DNA of 64,000 nucleotides from a plasmid: sequence record CP019900.1; one strand, 5' to 3'. Shown piece by piece: positions 63,040 to 64,000 of this stretch (position 1 is its first letter; each line of letters starts with the position of its first letter). The notes under the pieces were generated by a model. It saw only the letters and a program-made list of their open reading frames with translations, ran no database searches and was not told where the DNA came from. The position numbers and the translations under genes were made by a program.

Positions 63040-63545
63040 TGGGAATCCGCCCATCTTGCCGGGCGCCGCTGTCGTGTGGGAATCGGCCCACCTTGCCGGG
63101 CGCCGCTGCCGTGTGGAAATCCGCCCATCTTGCCGGGCGCCGCTGCCGTGTGGGAATCCGCCCATCTTGCCGGGCGCCGCTGCCGTGTGGGAATCGGCCC
63201 ACCTTGCCGGGCGCCGCTGCCGTGTGGGAATCGGCCCACCTTGCCGGGCGCCGGTGCTGTGTGGAAATCCGCCCATCTTGCCGGGCGCCGCTGCCGTGTG
63301 GGAATCGGCCCACCTTGCCGGGCGCCGGTGCTGTGTGGAAATCCGCCCACCTTGCCGGGCGCTGCTGTCGTGTGGGAATCGGCCCACCTTGCCGCGCGCC
63401 GGTGCTGTGTGGGAATCGGCCCTCCTTGCCGGGCGCCGCTGCCGTGTGGGAATAGGCCCACCTTGCCGGGCGCCGCTGCCGTGTGGAAATCCGCCCACCT
63501 TGCCGGGCGCTGCTGTCGTGTGGGAATCGGCCCACCTTGCCGGGT
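63040..63545. repeat. Tandem array of about 13.5 copies of a 37-bp unit (consensus TGGGAATCGGCCCACCTTGCCGGGCGCCGCTGCCGTG) with point variants
   Basis: direct reading; perfect head-to-tail periodicity of 37 bp, no spacers. Confidence 0.85.
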
Positions 63546-64000
63546 GCGTAATTGCATCGGACTTGACTACCCATTTGCATTTTACTTGGTGACCGTTTGC
63601 AGATTACTTGACCATCACCAACTAAATCTGTCCCATTAGATTTAGTTGGCGTAAGGCCTTACATCTTAACGGCTGCTGTGTGCCAGAAGCGGACGTTATA
63701 GGAAGCAATCTTTTGCCGGATTCGGTAAAACCCCAATTTTTCCGAACCGCACTCGTCCCCGCGCCGTTGTGGCGCTGATAACTACATGTAGTGGTTTTCT
63801 CAGATGCTGCCGATACTACATACAGCGGGTGCGGGGGAACCCGCAGGCCAACACTAAATAGCTGCGCGGAATAGTAGATCACTGAAAGGGAACTCAGCCC
63901 GGATTGCGCGATCTGATCATTCGCCAAACCAACCAAAACCACCAACCGGACTGAGCGATGCCGATCATAGCACCAATACCCCGTGGCGAACGACGCCTGA

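Noticed and set aside
63040-63545. Possible CRISPR array
   Set aside because: Units are contiguous 37-mers with no intervening unique spacers and no cas genes nearby; it is a tandem repeat, not CRISPR.
62817-63639. Five long ORFs (138-258 aa, both strands) rich in Pro/Gly/Arg/Ala
   Set aside because: All lie entirely within the 37-bp tandem array and are periodic translations of the repeat; no start context; artefacts.

Overview
This window is a mosaic IncF-type (Klebsiella-like IncFII) plasmid segment: a leading region, a decayed transfer region, a metabolic cargo island, replicon remnants and stacked transposons. From left to right it contains: (1) a conjugative leading region holding a ParB-like nuclease protein, psiB-psiA, a hok/sok type I toxin-antitoxin module split by an IS481-family insertion, several small coupled ORFs of unknown function, a GC-rich non-coding block, an orphan DNA methyltransferase-like gene, KlcA/ArdB antirestriction, the orf169/X lytic transglycosylase, oriT with TraM-binding repeats and traM. 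(2) An IS903 copy that replaces traJ through the 5' part of traD, leaving a truncated traD, intact traI, traX and finO. (3) A roughly 16 kb cargo island ending at a second IS903 copy that carries a 9-bp target duplication. The island encodes an OccR-like LysR regulator and an octopine/nopaline-type ABC transporter (two binding proteins, two permeases, one ATPase). It also encodes a three-subunit opine-oxidase/HcnABC-like FAD/[2Fe-2S] dehydrogenase, a complete arginine succinyltransferase operon astCADBE (astD frameshifted) and RidA. Together these look like a plasmid-borne pathway for uptake and cleavage of an arginine-derived opine-like compound. (4) An IncFII repA1 pseudogene with an internal deletion, preceded by a foreign AT-rich 296-aa ORF fused to the tap/repA1 leader. 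(5) A BCCT transporter gene plus a DUF2254-like membrane protein gene. (6) A Tn1000 (gamma-delta)-like Tn3-family arsenic-resistance transposon (arsR, arsD with an amber stop, arsA, arsB, arsC, an arsA fragment, tnpR, res, tnpA; 38-bp IRs). It is nested among fragments of other Tn3-family transposases, a cupin gene and IS26. (7) At the right end, an array of about 13 copies of a 37-bp tandem repeat of unknown function. All calls rest on reading the sequence and recalled family knowledge; no database searches were run.
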